NCBI RefSeq assembly: GCF_004010195.1
Contig: NW_025214745.1
Coordinates: 1-50,000 of the forward strand
Length of the DNA: 50,000 nt
Direction of reading: 5' to 3'
From: Chiloscyllium plagiosum
Taxonomy: Eukaryota
Shown here in pieces: positions 24,300 through 36,990 of the stretch. Made by a program: the position numbers and the translations under genes. Below the pieces are notes generated by a model, which made no database searches, was not told where the DNA came from, and saw nothing but the letters and a program-made list of their open reading frames with translations. Position 1 is the stretch's first letter; every line of letters starts with the position of its first letter.

Positions 24300-25050
24300 G
24301 TAAAGCATTTGGGACTTGAGAATCCAGGACTTCTTAGTTAGCGTGGAGTTACTCAGTGTGGAGTCCGTTTCGTCAATAACTTTCCCTTCAGAAGTGGGAA
24401 TGTCCGTTAACGATTGTGCAACATTCAGCAACATGTTCAGTTGCTCAGATACTGAAGCAGCACATATCCAAATGTCCAGATTGTAAGTTTGCTCGCTGAG
24501 CCAGTCGGATTATTCTCATTGAGAGCAAATTTACTATCTGTCCTCAACCTGAGCTGAAAACTTTTCTTAAAAGTCACACATCCAAATGTAGCAAGACATG
24601 GAGAGCATATAAAATCTGCACAAGTGGCAAGTAACTGTCATATGACGTATGTGAATTGTAATGACCATCTTCAGCAAGAGACAATCTGAGTATCCTTTGT
24701 TGATATTCAATGGCAACATCATTGTTGAATCCTCCAAGAGCAGCATCCTCGGGGTTTACTGTTGGCTAGAAACGGAACAAGAACAAACACACAAATAAAG
24801 TTGATGCAAGATCAGGGCAGCGTTTGAAAATCTCTCAGTGCTCAACTTACTCCCTGACTGCCCACCATCTACCACATGTAAGCCAGTTGAGATATGGAAT
24901 ACCCACCACTTTCCTGCTTGAATACTTCTTCAAAAACGCAATAGGCTTGTCAACACCTGGGACAAAACAGCACTTTTGATTGCTCACAACCTTCACCATT
25001 CATTTTCTATAGCACTGATATACAGTAGTAGCAAATGGTATCATCTCCTG
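24300..25050 (+). mobile_element. Degenerate LINE RT 3' fragment (same family as 39243-39590 and 28380-28710)
   Basis: TCAGAAGTGGGAATGTCCGTTAACGATTG matches TCAGAAGTGGGGATGTTGAACAATGATTG at about 39395; contains a short PLE-terminal remnant at about 24480-24575. Confidence 0.6.
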
Positions 25051-25429
25051 TGTGACATCCTGATGGACAGGAAGATTGTGCTGTTCATCATTTCGCGAGG
25101 TCGATCCCACCAAATGTTGACACCTCAGGGCACCCAATGCCACGGAGAAGCTGTGAACAACAGCCTTATTTATTCAGGAATGTCGTTAATTTGCTTTTGG
25201 TAGTGCTTTTTGCATCTCCCAATATGATTGCATCAATTGTTTTGAAGGGAAATTGCAATAGAGGAAAGATGTCTGTCTGAAATTGGATTTGTTTGTTCTG
25301 AGATCTTCCCTCAGAGGAAAACGATAATATTTGGAAATCATTTGACAGAATAATAAACTGAAAGAATTGAAGATGAGTGAATCAAATTAAACGTGATATA
25401 AAGATCCAACAGTGTCACTAAATTCATCA

Positions 25430-26600
25430 GAACATGAACGGAACATGTTTATCTGCTACGTCTGTGGGAAGAAGATTTCAAATACCAGTGTGAGTGAAAA
25501 AGCGCCAACACACACACATACATAGGCACACACCTATCAACTTCTCTCTCTCTCACACACACACAGACACAAACCAGACACACATAAACACACACACACA
25601 CACACACACAAACACACGTGTGCGTGTTACAGTGAACTGACTGCAGGAATAATTAACATTATACAAATAGCGTTCTAAAAAAATCCAAAGATATTGAAGT
25701 CATACTTATTTTCCGTTAATGGGCAAAGAGTCGATAGATCATCCAAACTGGACATATCTGAGCAGAATGGCAACATGGCCATATCCGGATTGCAGGAATG
25801 ATTACAACTACCCAGGCCAGCTGGAAGCTCATCGACGCAGACATTCTGCGGAGAGAGTGTTCACCTGCTCCGCGTGTGGGAAGGGATTTAATCTGTCATC
25901 TAGCTTCGTGTAACACCCGTGGCTTTACACTGACAAGGGGCCTTTTCCCTGAGTGTGGGGCAACACTGGAAGATCTTTGAAAGTTTTAATTCCGAAGGTT
26001 TAATGTCAACACCAAATTATTCACGTGTGGGAGATGTCATTCATGTGTTCCATGGAAAGGAATGTATTCACCTGAGGATCCAACCGAATGTCACACAAAC
26101 GTCTCCAACACAGGGAGATAAGCTTTGTCTGCTCTGTTTGAAAAGGGATAAGCTTCACCGTCCAGCCAAAAGTCACATAGTCGAGTTGACACTGGAGAGA
26201 GACTACACGTCTACACTGTGTGTGACAAGGGATTTAGCAAGTCAGCAAAGCTTCAAATACAAAAGCGTGGCAATGCGTGTGAGAGACCGTTCACCAGCAC
26301 TGAGTGTGTAAAAAGATTCACTTGGTCATGTGTACTCAATTAGCACAAACAGATTCACACAAGGGAGAAACATTTTACCTGCTCCTTGTGTTGGAAGGGG
26401 TTCACTCAGTTCTCCAATCTCATCAGATATGGGCTTGCCAACACCAATGAGAGGAAGTTAAATGCCTTGAATATGAGAAGAGCTTTAGGAGTAGCAACGG
26501 TTTGATGAAACACCAACAAACACATTGTGTGGAGAGGCCGTTCATCTGCAATGCGTGGATCAAGGGATTCAATGATTCATCCACAAATGTGACACTTTCT
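25430..26600 (+). pseudogene. C2H2 zinc-finger array pseudogene
   Basis: HRRRHSAERVFTCSACGKGFN, HKQIHTREKHFTCSLCWKGF, HQQTHCVERPFICNA; multiple stops and frameshifts; (CA)n expansion inside. Confidence 0.85.
25508..25617. repeat. Interrupted (CA)n/(CT)n microsatellite
   Basis: Directly visible. Confidence 0.9.
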
Positions 26601-27173
26601 TGAGGGGAAATCACTTTAGATTAGGTGGCTGGTTTGATAATTTTGAGAGCAGTGTGATACCAACAACATGGCTTCATTCCCATTAACGGTTTGATGGTAC
26701 CATAAAGGAATGTCCTTCTGAACCTCTTCCTGCGCCTGCGTTCTGGTGGCCTTCTGGTAAAATCAACCCCAGTCACTTCCCTCTGTGACGAAGAGACCAA
26801 CCCTTATGGTCTGAATATTATAGCGATTCATGCAGTTCAGTTCCATGCTGTTCTTGTATCCTCAACTGAACTATTTTTTATTATTTCAGGAGTGGTTTAT
26901 CTCTGTAGATGTACAAATCTCTTCAATTGAACTGGTGTTTAATTGTTCAGGGATCGATTACATGAAATGCATTGCTTTTCTTCCCGTGATTTCTGTCCGA
27001 TTAGAGAGAACATTTAGTATTCCATGTACTTCCATGTTCTTGGGCCGTTTCTTCATTGTTAAGGTTGGATTTGTATTTACAAATTAATTTTCACACATTC
27101 AGGATTTCAGAATGTGAGTCACAGCAACTGAAGTCCCTGTGAAGTGCAGTCACTGATGCAGGATATACAGTAA

Positions 27174-28205
27174 TTAAACTGTGCCGATGCACATTGGGAA
27201 CACATTCCTCCAGTGAGAACACGTGAATGCTACCTCGTAAGTGCGAACACGTTGTTGGGACTTCAGTTTATTGGAACTGGTAAAGCACTTCACACACTCT
27301 GGACATTTAAGAAATTTCTTGTCAGTGTGAATCCGTTGGTGTATCAGTAGGATGGAGGAATTCAATGCACCACTTCCCAAATTCGGAACATATAACTGAC
27401 CTCTCGCTAAGGTGAATTCGCTGGTGCTTCAGCAAGCTTGATAAGTGAGAGAATACATTCACACATTCAGTGCAGGTGAATGGCCTCACTCAATGCGAAC
27501 TCGCTTGCATTTCAGCAGGTTGCTGGAATCAATTTCTTCAAAAAACACAGCAGAATGGTCTCTCCTCAGTGTGAACTCGCTGTTGTCTGAGCAGACTGAA
27601 TGACTAAGTGAACCAGTTCCCACTTTGAGAGCAGGCGAACGACATTGCCCCAGTGAGTTTGCAGATGTCAAGTCAGATCAGATGTCATCCTAACCCCATT
27701 CCCACTGCGAGAGCACTTGAATGGTTTCTCAGCAATGTGAACACATTGATTGTACATAAGTTCCTGGGAACGTTTAAAGCATTTCCCAAACTCTGGATAA
27801 TTAAGTGTTCTCTCCATCGACTGAAGCCACTGGTGTATCAGCAGGTTAGATAACTGAGCAAATACCTTCCCACTCTGAACAGCTGAATGGCTTTTCCCCA
27901 GTTTTGTTGCACTGCTGGATTTTCAGGGCAGACAAGTGATTGAATCCTTTCCACAGTCACTACATTAACACAGTTTCTATCCAGGGTCCCTCCATTTATG
28001 TCTCGACAGGATGCCAGATGATTGGTGGAACGCCAGCCCACAGGCAGAACACGTTAATGATTTCACTCCACAGTGAGTGTTGCTTTCTCCTTTCATTATC
28101 AATGGTCGATGAGGTTCAGGCTTCTTTCAACAGAGCAAATCCATGAGATTGTGATATGGTGCTTCGTTTCAGCTTTCCAACTGCAAATCCTGCTCTTAAA
28201 TACTT
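27174..28205 (-). pseudogene. C2H2 zinc-finger array pseudogene
   Basis: HQRIHTDKKFLKCPECVKCFTSSNKLKSQQRVRT; repeated HTxExPFxC linkers (plus-strand GAATGGTCTCTCCTCAGTGTGAAC, GAATGGCTTTTCCCCAGT); candidate acceptor TGTTTTAATTCCAG at 28206-28219. Confidence 0.85.
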
Positions 28206-29294
28206 CTGGAATTAAAACAGAAACACCTCAGTAAAATAGAACTCTTAATAACACCAACGCATATCATAATCATTCTTCTTCGGACGTTGGCATTCCAGCC
28301 AAGGTCATCATTTATTGCTGATTCCGAATTTGTGTGGAGTAGGTGAAGGTGAACTGCCTCCTTGAACAACTGTTGCCCATGTGCTGTCACCAGACCCAAA
28401 TAAAAAGGGAGGGAAATCCAGATCTTTGACCAGTCACACTACAGCATTGACAGACTAATTCCAGGACAGCATAGTAAGTGTTTGGTGGTGGGGGATGTTT
28501 CCTATATGTCTGCTGCAGTTTTCCATTTTTTATGCAAGTGTTACTGTGTAAGGAGCCTTGGTGAATTTCTGCTGTGCATTCTATAGATGGTACAGACTTA
28601 ATGTCTGAGTGTTTCGTGGTGGAGGGAGTGGGTATTTGTCGTTGTTGCGTCAGTCGTGTGGCGCCGATCCATTTGGCTGCTCTGTTCTGGATGTTGCTGA
28701 GCTTTTCGGAATTGTTGGAACTGCACGCAGTCGTCCTCAAGCGGTTTATGACTGAAACATCTCTTGCTACTCGGATTCTGCCTTATCTGCTGTATTTCAC
28801 CTGCGCCATGCTTTTTCAACACTGCACTCATCCAGGGCAAGCATGGACTATCCTATCCTCTTTCTTACTTCTATCTTGTACGTGGATAAATGTTATATGA
28901 GGAAAGAACACAAAGTTGAGAAGGACAGTTGGACAAAGGAGCGGATAACGATCTTGTTAGAAGAATGAATAGCTGTTAGGAGAGATTTTTAGAGACGAGC
29001 CAAAGGCCGTGTGTAACGACAGACTATGTGGTAAACAAGCTTCAAATCGTCAACACGCGTGTTACTTGCTGTAGCAATTCCGGATTTTGACGTGTACTTT
29101 TGTCCACAGTGTTTATATGACTGTGTATCGTCAGTTTCTCATGGAGACTGGGATTTTTACAGCAATGAAAGAGGCCTTTTGGCCCATCTTGCGAATGTCA
29201 GTCTTGAAACACCTGCACACTTTCACCTATTTTACAGAACTTGATCTGTAGCCTTATGCGCTGTGGTCCTTCATGTGATCTTTATTTAAATATT

Positions 29295-29470
29295 CCATCA
29301 CCTCCAACGAAATGCCATCACCATACACACATTTCTCTCCCCTCCCTTGTCCGCCAACTGCATGGACCATTCCCTCCGGGACTCCCCTGTTCATTCTGCA
29401 TTCACTATCAGCAGCTCCCCCAACAGCCTCATAGAATCTTCCCCTGCAATCGCTGAAGATGTGACACAAG
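29295..29470 (+). mobile_element. PLE fragment (pre-endonuclease linker)
   Basis: GACCATTCCCTCCGGGACTCCC...TTCCCCTGCAATCGC matches 49535-49620. Confidence 0.65.
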
Positions 29471-29489
29471 CATATATAGAACTCGGGGC

Positions 29490-31560
29490 AGGAGCAGGCT
29501 GCCCGGGCTTTCAGCTTGCATTGCCATTCAAGAAGGTCATAGCTGGCCTGCCAGTGGGCTCAGATTCACTTGCCCGCCCTCTCATCGTTTTCCTTAATTC
29601 ATTTATTGTTCAACAAATAATATCGACTTTAGCTTTAAAAACATATACTGATTTAGAGATAACTGCTTCGCTGGAAATGAATTCCAGAGATTAACAACGC
29701 TCTAGGTTAATAATAACCTTCGCAATTCAGTCCTAAATGTGCTCCCTCGAAATTTCAGGCTGTGTCTGCTTGTTATAGATTCACCTGGCAGTGGTAAACT
29801 CTTCTCTATTTCTATTTTATATATTCCCTTCATCATTTTATATGTTTCCATAAGACACCCCCTCGATCGTCTGCACTCCTATGAATATCATTTCAGTCTA
29901 CACGGTCTCTCCTCACAAGCCAACACCTTGAACTTCAGAAAAAATCTAGTTAACCTCCTCTGGATCCCCTCCATTTCCACGACATGCCTTCTCAAGTAAG
30001 GAGACCAAAAGTGCAGACATTACTCCAGGTGACGTCTCACCAACACTTGTGCAGCTGCAATATAACGCTCTGATCTTAAACTCAATCCCTTTATCAGTGA
30101 AAGACATTATTCCATTTGCTTCCGAATTACTTGTTGCCCCCTCAGACCAAACTTCTGTGGTTCATGCACAAGGACACCTACATTCCTCTGCATGGCAGCA
30201 TGCTGCAACTTTTTACCAGTCAAGTAATCACCATTTTATTTTACAGTTACTCCGAGCAAAATGCATGTCTTAACATTTGTTAACATTGTATTCCATCTGC
30301 CAGACCTTTGTCCACTCACTCAATTTATCTATGCTCCCCTGCTAGGTTTCACAGTCTCTGCACACTTAGCTCTGCCAGTCCTCTTCGTTCCATCTGCAAA
30401 GTGTATCATCCTATATGTAGTCTCCAACTCCAAGTCATCTATATAAATTGTAAATGATTGCGGCCCCAACACAGATCGCTGACGGACAACAGTAGTCAAT
30501 AATTTACAGCCAGATTAGTACTCATGTATCCGCACCCGTTGCTTCCAGTTAGTCAAACAATCCGCTATCTATGCTAATACTCGACCGCCAAACACCGAGC
30601 GTCTTTATCTTATGCAGCAGCCGCTTGTGTGGCACCTTATTGAAGTCCATTTGGAAACCTAGAATTTCCACATTCACTTGTTTCCTGTTATCAGCCATGC
30701 CCGTATTTTCTTCACAGAATTCGAAAAGATTTGTCAATCATTAACTGCCCTTTATGAACCCATGCTGCGTCTGTAAAATATCTATCTATGTCCTTGTTGT
30801 TTCTTCTTTGATAACAATCTCAAACCTCTTCCCCACTGTAGATGTAAAGCTAAATGATCCATAAATCCGCATTCTTTGTCTACCTCCATTGTAACCAGCA
30901 GTGCCATATCAGCTGTTTCCCAGTCTGCTGGGACTGCACCAGAATCCAGCGAATTTCGGAAAATTACCTCCATTACACCCGCTATTTCTCCTGACATCCC
31001 TTTTGGTGCCCTGGGATGCATTCCATCAGGAGAATTATGCATTCTTAGTTCTGAGAGCTTGCTCAACAGTAGCCCTTTGATTTTAATGATTGTGTCTAAC
31101 TGCTCACATCTCTGCGTCTCTTTGTTAATTACTGGCATGGTATTTGCGTTTTCCCCTCTGAGGATTGATATGAAATGTCTGTTGCATGCCTGGTCTCTTT
31201 CATCATATCCCATAACTCAATGTCTCTGCTCATCCATTGGAGTACCAACGTTTAGTTTGGCCACTCGGTTTCACTTTCGACATTTATGGAAACAAATGTG
31301 AGCTGCCTTAATGATCAGTGCGAGTGTTTTCTCATGTTCTTTCTTACTGCTCTGTACACCTCTTTTTGTGGCTTTTTGTTGATCTTAGTAGTTTTCCCAA
31401 TCTTCCCGTTATATGTGGGTTTCGGCCATTTTGTAAGACTTCGCTTTCAATCTCCTTTTTTGACCTTTGACATCCAGGGCACATTCTATTCTCACAGTCC
31501 TTCCTTTCAACTGGAACATACTTTTGCTGAGCACTTTGAAAAAAAATATTAGAAGTCCTT
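29490..31560 (-). mobile_element. CR1 LINE ORF2 fragment (degenerate)
   Basis: SPDGMHPRAPK...VPADWETA, TNLFEF...GFQMDFNKVPHKRLL. Confidence 0.85.
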
Positions 31561-31614
31561 TACTGCTCGTCATTGTCACACCAGTTTCCAATTTATGTGA
31601 GCCAGGTTCCTCCC

Positions 31615-32920
31615 TGCAAGGGTGGTTGACGTTTGGAATGAAGCCCAAGGAAGTAATGAATGCAGGCACAATTACAACATTTTTAAAAAGATATTTACAT
31701 AAGTATGTGAAAAGGAAACATTTGGACGGATGTGGATCAGAAACTGTCAGGTGGTACAAGTTTAGTTTGGGATTATATTTGGCGTGGGCTGGTTAGACTG
31801 AAGGATCTGTTTGCATGCTGTCTGACTATGTAATGAGTCGACTGGAGAAGGAGCAAAACATGAACTCTTGGGAAATAAGGGAGAACAAGTGACTGAACTG
31901 ATAACATGGGAACACTTTGAGACTCGTTATTGTACTTCTGTCCGTTTCGGAACAGTTATGGAAAAAATAATAAGCCTTTCGTAACATTTCGAGTTATTAA
32001 TTGAAGTAAGATAGATATTAATGGCACGAGGCAAGCACTTTTAAAGGTTAATTCGAATAGACTGTTCAGAGGTAAGCGAACATATGATAAGCAGGAGGTT
32101 TTCAAATATGTGATAACAAGAGTTCAAACTCGTTATGTTAAAGTGAAAGGTAAGACTGGTATGATTAGAGAACAATGAATGAATAACATATTGAGGCACC
32201 AATGTAGCTTGGAAAAGAACCGTCTGTTAGAAATAGACAGTTGGTTTGAAATGAATTTCTTGAACAGTATCAGAAGTGCAGGAACTTCCTTCAGAAGGAG
32301 ATGAGGAAGCCAAAGAGGGGACGGTGAAAAATCCTGCCCTGCCCTCGGCGAAAGATAATCTAAAGATATTCTACAAGCACATATCGAGCAAGGGATCAAC
32401 TGGAGATAGAGTTGGGCACGTAAAGGTTCAATGCGGTCATTTTTGTGTTGAAGCTCAGGAGGTAGGAGACGTATTAAATCAATACTTTGCCTCAGTGTTC
32501 ATATGGACAAATCTATCCCAAATGTTCACTCACTATGTGTTAAGCTGAACATTCAGTTTTCCCAAAGTATTTGAGCAAGAGCCAAAGAAACTGAGACAAG
32601 GTGATGTTCCTAGTGGCTGGATTGACTGTCCGCTTTGGTCGTTCCATGCTAAGTTTAGAATCTGCGCATTCCCAGGACTGAATGGATTACGTTACGAGGA
32701 GGGACTGGATAGGCTGGGACCTCTTTCACTGCAATGTGTGATGTTGAGGGTTGACTTTACAGAGCTTTATAACGCCATGAGTGGAATAGTGAACTTGAAC
32801 AATAATAGTTAGAGGAGGCAAAAACTAGCGGGTATATTTTCTTAACGTGAAAGGAGAAAGAATTAAAAGGGAACAAAGGGACAACCTTTTCAAACGGAGG
32901 GTGGTTTGTATGTGGAATGA
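31615..32920 (+). mobile_element. Several CR1 fragments
   Basis: AGTITTFLKRYLHKY (3' end) and KDNLKIFYKHI...LNQYFASVF. Confidence 0.75.
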
Positions 32921-32923
32921 ACC

Positions 32924-33147
32924 AGGAGAAAGCGAGGACTGGAGAAGCTGGAGATCAGAGTCATGTGCGTGGGGCTAGGGAAGCACATCAGGGCAGGCAG
33001 CAACTGACGGCATCGGCCCTCCTTCAGGATGAAGGTTTATGCTGGAACCGTCGATATTCCTGCTTCTTGGATGCTGCCTCACCTACTGGGCTTTTCCGGC
33101 ACGACACTGACTCAGATCTGCAGCATCTGCCGTCCTCACTTTCTCCT
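32924..33147. mobile_element. Short palindromic element with long terminal inverted repeats (MER6-like/PLE-derived)
   Basis: AGGAGAAAGCGAGGACTGGAGAAGCTGGAGATC ... GATCTGCAGCATCTGCCGTCCTCACTTTCTCCT; flanked by ACC on both sides. Confidence 0.8.
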
Positions 33148-33812
33148 ACCATCGAGACTGAGAGGTGGGACTGGAGGACCTAGGTGAGGTGCTGGTCCTT
33201 CAACAAATCAGAGAGAATGAAGAGCAGGACAGGAGAACTGAGGTGGAGTTGCTGCTCCTCCATCAGAGCGAACGAGGGGCAAGACTGGAGGACGAAGCTG
33301 GAGTGACTGGTCCTCCTACCAATCTGGAATACTGAGTCGGGTGGACATGAAACGCTGACGAATCAGGAAATGAAGTCGGCTCGAGCCCGACTCTCCACTG
33401 AGCTACCTGGGAGGGTCGTGAGAGCTAGAACATTGTTTCAGATGGAGGGTTTATTGTTAGGTTTTCTCAGGAAGAAGCAACAGTGTACCCACGGTACCAA
33501 TAAATAGGAGAATTAGACTACAGCACCCGTGAAAAGGTAGAATTGGGCGAGGGCATCAGTAAATTGAAGAATTGGGGTCGTGGTATGAGTAAGTGGGAAA
33601 ATTGTTGGGCATCATTAAATGGGAGATTTTGTACACAACACGATTATATTTGAAATTTTGTGAGTGGACCAGTATATTAGAGAATTGGAGCAGAGTATGT
33701 CCAAATAGGAGAATAGGTTCAGGATATTAATAAAAAGGAGAATTTGGGAGAAGATTTTCTAACTCGGGTGCTCGTTGTTGTGGTTTTGTTCGCCCAGCTG
33801 GGAATTTGTGTT

Positions 33813-33852
33813 GCAGACATTTCGTCGCCCGTCTAGGTGACATCCTCAGTGC
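33813..33852 (-). ncRNA. Minimal type I hammerhead ribozyme motif in PLE terminus
   Basis: gca CUGAGGA U GUC-accuagacgggc-GAC GAAA U GUC ugc: core intact, stem I GCA/UGC, stem II closed by GUC/GAC. Confidence 0.6.
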
Positions 33853-34560
33853 TTGGGAGCCTCCTGTGAAGCGCTTCTGTGATGTTTCCTCCAGCATTTA
33901 TTGTGATTTGTATCTGCCGCTTCCAGTTGTCAGTTCCAGCTGTCCGCTGCAGTGGCCGGTATATGTGGTCCAGGTCGATGTGCTTGTTGATTAAATCTGT
34001 GGATCAGTGCCATGCCTCTAGGAATTCCCTGGCTGTTCTCTGTTTGGCTTGTCCTATAATAGTACTGTTGTCCCAGTCGAACTCATGTTGCTTGTCATCT
34101 GAGTATGGCTACTTAGGATAGCTGGTCATGTCGTTTCTGACTGTCAGTTCAGAAATTTTTTTGATGTATGGTAGTGTGGCTAGTCCTTTGGGTTGTGACA
34201 TGTCCTCATTCCGTTGTCTTTCCCTTAGGCATCTGTTGATGAAATTGCGGGGGCATCCGTTTTTGGTGAATTCATTGTATAGGTGTTCTTCTTCCTCTTA
34301 TTGCAGTTCTGGTGTACTGCAGTGTGTTGTGTCTGTTTTGAAAAATGTCTTGATGCAACTTCTTTACATAGGACAAACAGGAAGACAGCTAAGGATCCGC
34401 ATCCGTGAACACCAACTCGCCACGAAACGACCTGACAAGCTATCCTTAGTATCCACACACGCAGATGACAAGCAACATGAGTTCGACTGGGACAACACGA
34501 CTATTATAGGACAAGCCAAACAGATCAGCCAGGGAATTCCTAGAGGCTTGGTACTCATCC

Positions 34561-34660
34561 GACGGACCCGGAGGGTCCCGTCTTTGCGTGTTCTTTTGGA
34601 AGGAGAGACTCACACTGGCAACTATGATTAGACGCAGAACCCTCCGGGTCCGTCTTAACA
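34561..34660. mobile_element. 100-bp insertion with 16-bp perfect inverted repeats and 10-11-bp target duplication
   Basis: GACGGACCCGGAGGGT (34561-34576) / ACCCTCCGGGTCCGTC (34639-34654); GTACTCATCC at 34551-34560 and 34661-34670; absent from the mirror arm. Confidence 0.85.
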
Positions 34661-34818
34661 GTACTCATCCGCAGATTCACTCAATAGGCACATCGACCTG
34701 GAACCAATATACCGGCCACTGCAGCGGACAGCTGGAACTGACAACCGGAAGCGGCAGATACAAATCACAATAAATGCCGGAGGAAACATCACAGAAGCGC
34801 TTCACAGGAGGCTCCCAA

Positions 34819-34858
34819 GCACTGAGTATGTCAGCTGGACAGGGGACGAAACGTCTGC
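34819..34858 (+). ncRNA. Hammerhead motif, mirror copy with core mutation
   Basis: gca CUGAGUA U GUC...GAC GAAA C GUC ugc; G8 replaced by U, probably inactive. Confidence 0.5.
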
Positions 34859-36469
34859 AACACAAATTCCCAGCTCGGCGAACAGAACCACAACAAAAAG
34901 GAGAATGTTGCAAGCAATAACACATGCGGTATAGCCAGCACTAAGTGAAATCTAAATCAAATCAGCAGGGTACCAATACATGGAAGAAGTGTATCAGGAA
35001 ACAACTAATTGAAAATAATTGATGCAGAGGCATCAATTATTGGAGAATTCGGGAAGGTGCCAGTAAATTCGAAGTAGGGGAACTGGGACAGGAAAATACT
35101 GAATGGAAGAGTTGGTGCCAGTTCCAGAAATTAGAACACAGAAAATTACAGGCTCTTCTCCCCTCGATATTGCACGAAAACGTGGAACTAAATTAAGCCG
35201 TCTCTAACCCACACTATTTCAATTTCTTCCACATGTTTTATCCAATTTATGGGTAAATTGGTAAATGGGAGAGTTATTATGGAGCAGCTGAGGCCTACAT
35301 CGAGTGACAGAGTTGTGGAACACTGAAACAGACCCTTAAGTCCAACATCAGCCATGTCTGAATTTAAGAATTCTGGCAGCTGACCACTAATTTGGAGGAT
35401 CTTTTCGAGCAACTACTGAAGGGAGGAATTTGAAGAGTTTGAAGCAGGATAACAGATAGTGAGAGTATTGATGCAGAAAGCAGTAAACGGGAGAATTGCT
35501 GCAGGACAATACTGGATGGGCGAAATAGACTCAAGAGTGACTTGCCAGCGAATCGGTGGAATTCTCCACTTATGGGGTGCTCAACTCTAATTCGCCCATC
35601 CAGGATTCACACCCTCAGGAATGCATCTCAGACAATAAATTCCTTCTTCACTTCTGAACCTCTGACAAGGAAATATCCTCTTCTGCTGGAGCCCTCATGA
35701 TCAATAGTGCAGAAGTATCTTATTGTCAGAGGTTCGTTCCTAAGATTATGCCTCAATTTCAGATAACATGTGCTGAGGCAGTGCCTGTCTGTCATTAGGT
35801 CAGATGTGAAGAAATGCTACGCGACTAAAGGATCAGTACTGAAATAGTGCAACACTGTCAGCGGATCAATTCTGAAGCAGAAGCTGATGGATAGAGATTC
35901 AGTCCTGTGCCAGTGGCCTGTTGTCAGACAGTTACTGGTGAGGGAATGCCTCATTGTTAGATGTTCAGTCCTGACGGTGTGACTCGACATAAGGGACATT
36001 GAGAATTTGTGTCACAATTACAAAGTCTGTATTGGGTTTGGAGTGCTTTATTAGCAGTGGCTCAAGAGAATGAGAGTGCCTTTATGTCAGAAAATCGTTC
36101 CTGAATGTGTTCCGCTTTGCCATAGGATTCGATCAGAGGCTGTACCTCAATGTAAAACGTCAGAACTGAGGGAGAGCTATATGATGAGAAGGTGAGGACT
36201 GACGTATTGAAGCTCTATTAGGGGGACAGATTTTCGGGAATGTTTTATTACCTGAGTATCAATACTGATATAATGCCTTCTGAGAAGGAGTCAGAAGTGA
36301 GGGAGTACCACCCTTTCAAACATCAGTCCAGAGGTACTGCTGCACCACCAGAGTGTTAGTTCTGTGGGAAGATGTCATTATCAGATGGTCAGTTCTGAGG
36401 CAGTGCCTAATTTCAAACAGTTCAGATCGGAGGGAGTGCCACAGAATTGGAATATTCTCCTAAGCTAGT

Positions 36470-36990
36470 ACTTCCATTGAATGCTTCTCTGCAAAACGTT
36501 TCAACTGATTTTATCATTCAATTTTTCGCTGCATTTAGTGGTGCCATGGCCTAATTCTGCAGTTTAGTTCCACCATGTACCAATTCTGCCAGTTACAGAA
36601 GTCAGACCCCAATTCTTCCAATGTCTGATGCACTGCTCCAAATTCTCCCAATTAGATGTGTCCTGGCACAATTCTTTCATTTAGTAGTTCCGTGTAGTGA
36701 ATCTCCCGCTGCAAGATTCCTAAATTTTGGTGTGCTGAGTACCAATTCATCCATTTACTGTTGCTTGAAGTCTTCCCTTTAATACTTCCCTGCAACAGTG
36801 CTCTAATTTTTGGACACTTGCCGAAAATTTCCCATTTGCTTTCAACATGCAACATTTTTTTTCCAATTTACTGAAGCCTCGGCTTTCTTCTACAATTTAG
36901 AGGCGATCTACTCCAATGCTCTAATTTAGTGGCACAATGCACCATATCTTCCGTTTACTGATACCCTGTACCAATTCTCCCAATTTATGG
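36470..36990 (-). repeat. Inverted block of the ~29-bp satellite
   Basis: CCAATTCTCCCAATTTA-type motifs, reverse complement of the 33490-35530 unit. Confidence 0.7.

Larger units (their letters stand above)
33775..34895. mobile_element. Young inverted (tail-out) Penelope-like element with ~330-bp inverted termini
   Basis: 33775-34100 is the reverse complement of about 34455-34895; plus arm encodes YIGQTGRQLRIRIREHQLAT...HEFDWDNTTIIGQAK (GIY-YIG); minus arm extends to about 34355 with RT-thumb-like coding. Confidence 0.9.
33490..35530 (+). repeat. Degenerate ~29-bp satellite (AGTAAATTGGAGAATTGGnGCAGGGnATC), split by a PLE
   Basis: GAATTGG at 33540 and 33569 and onward; resumes after 34895. 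Confidence 0.7.
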
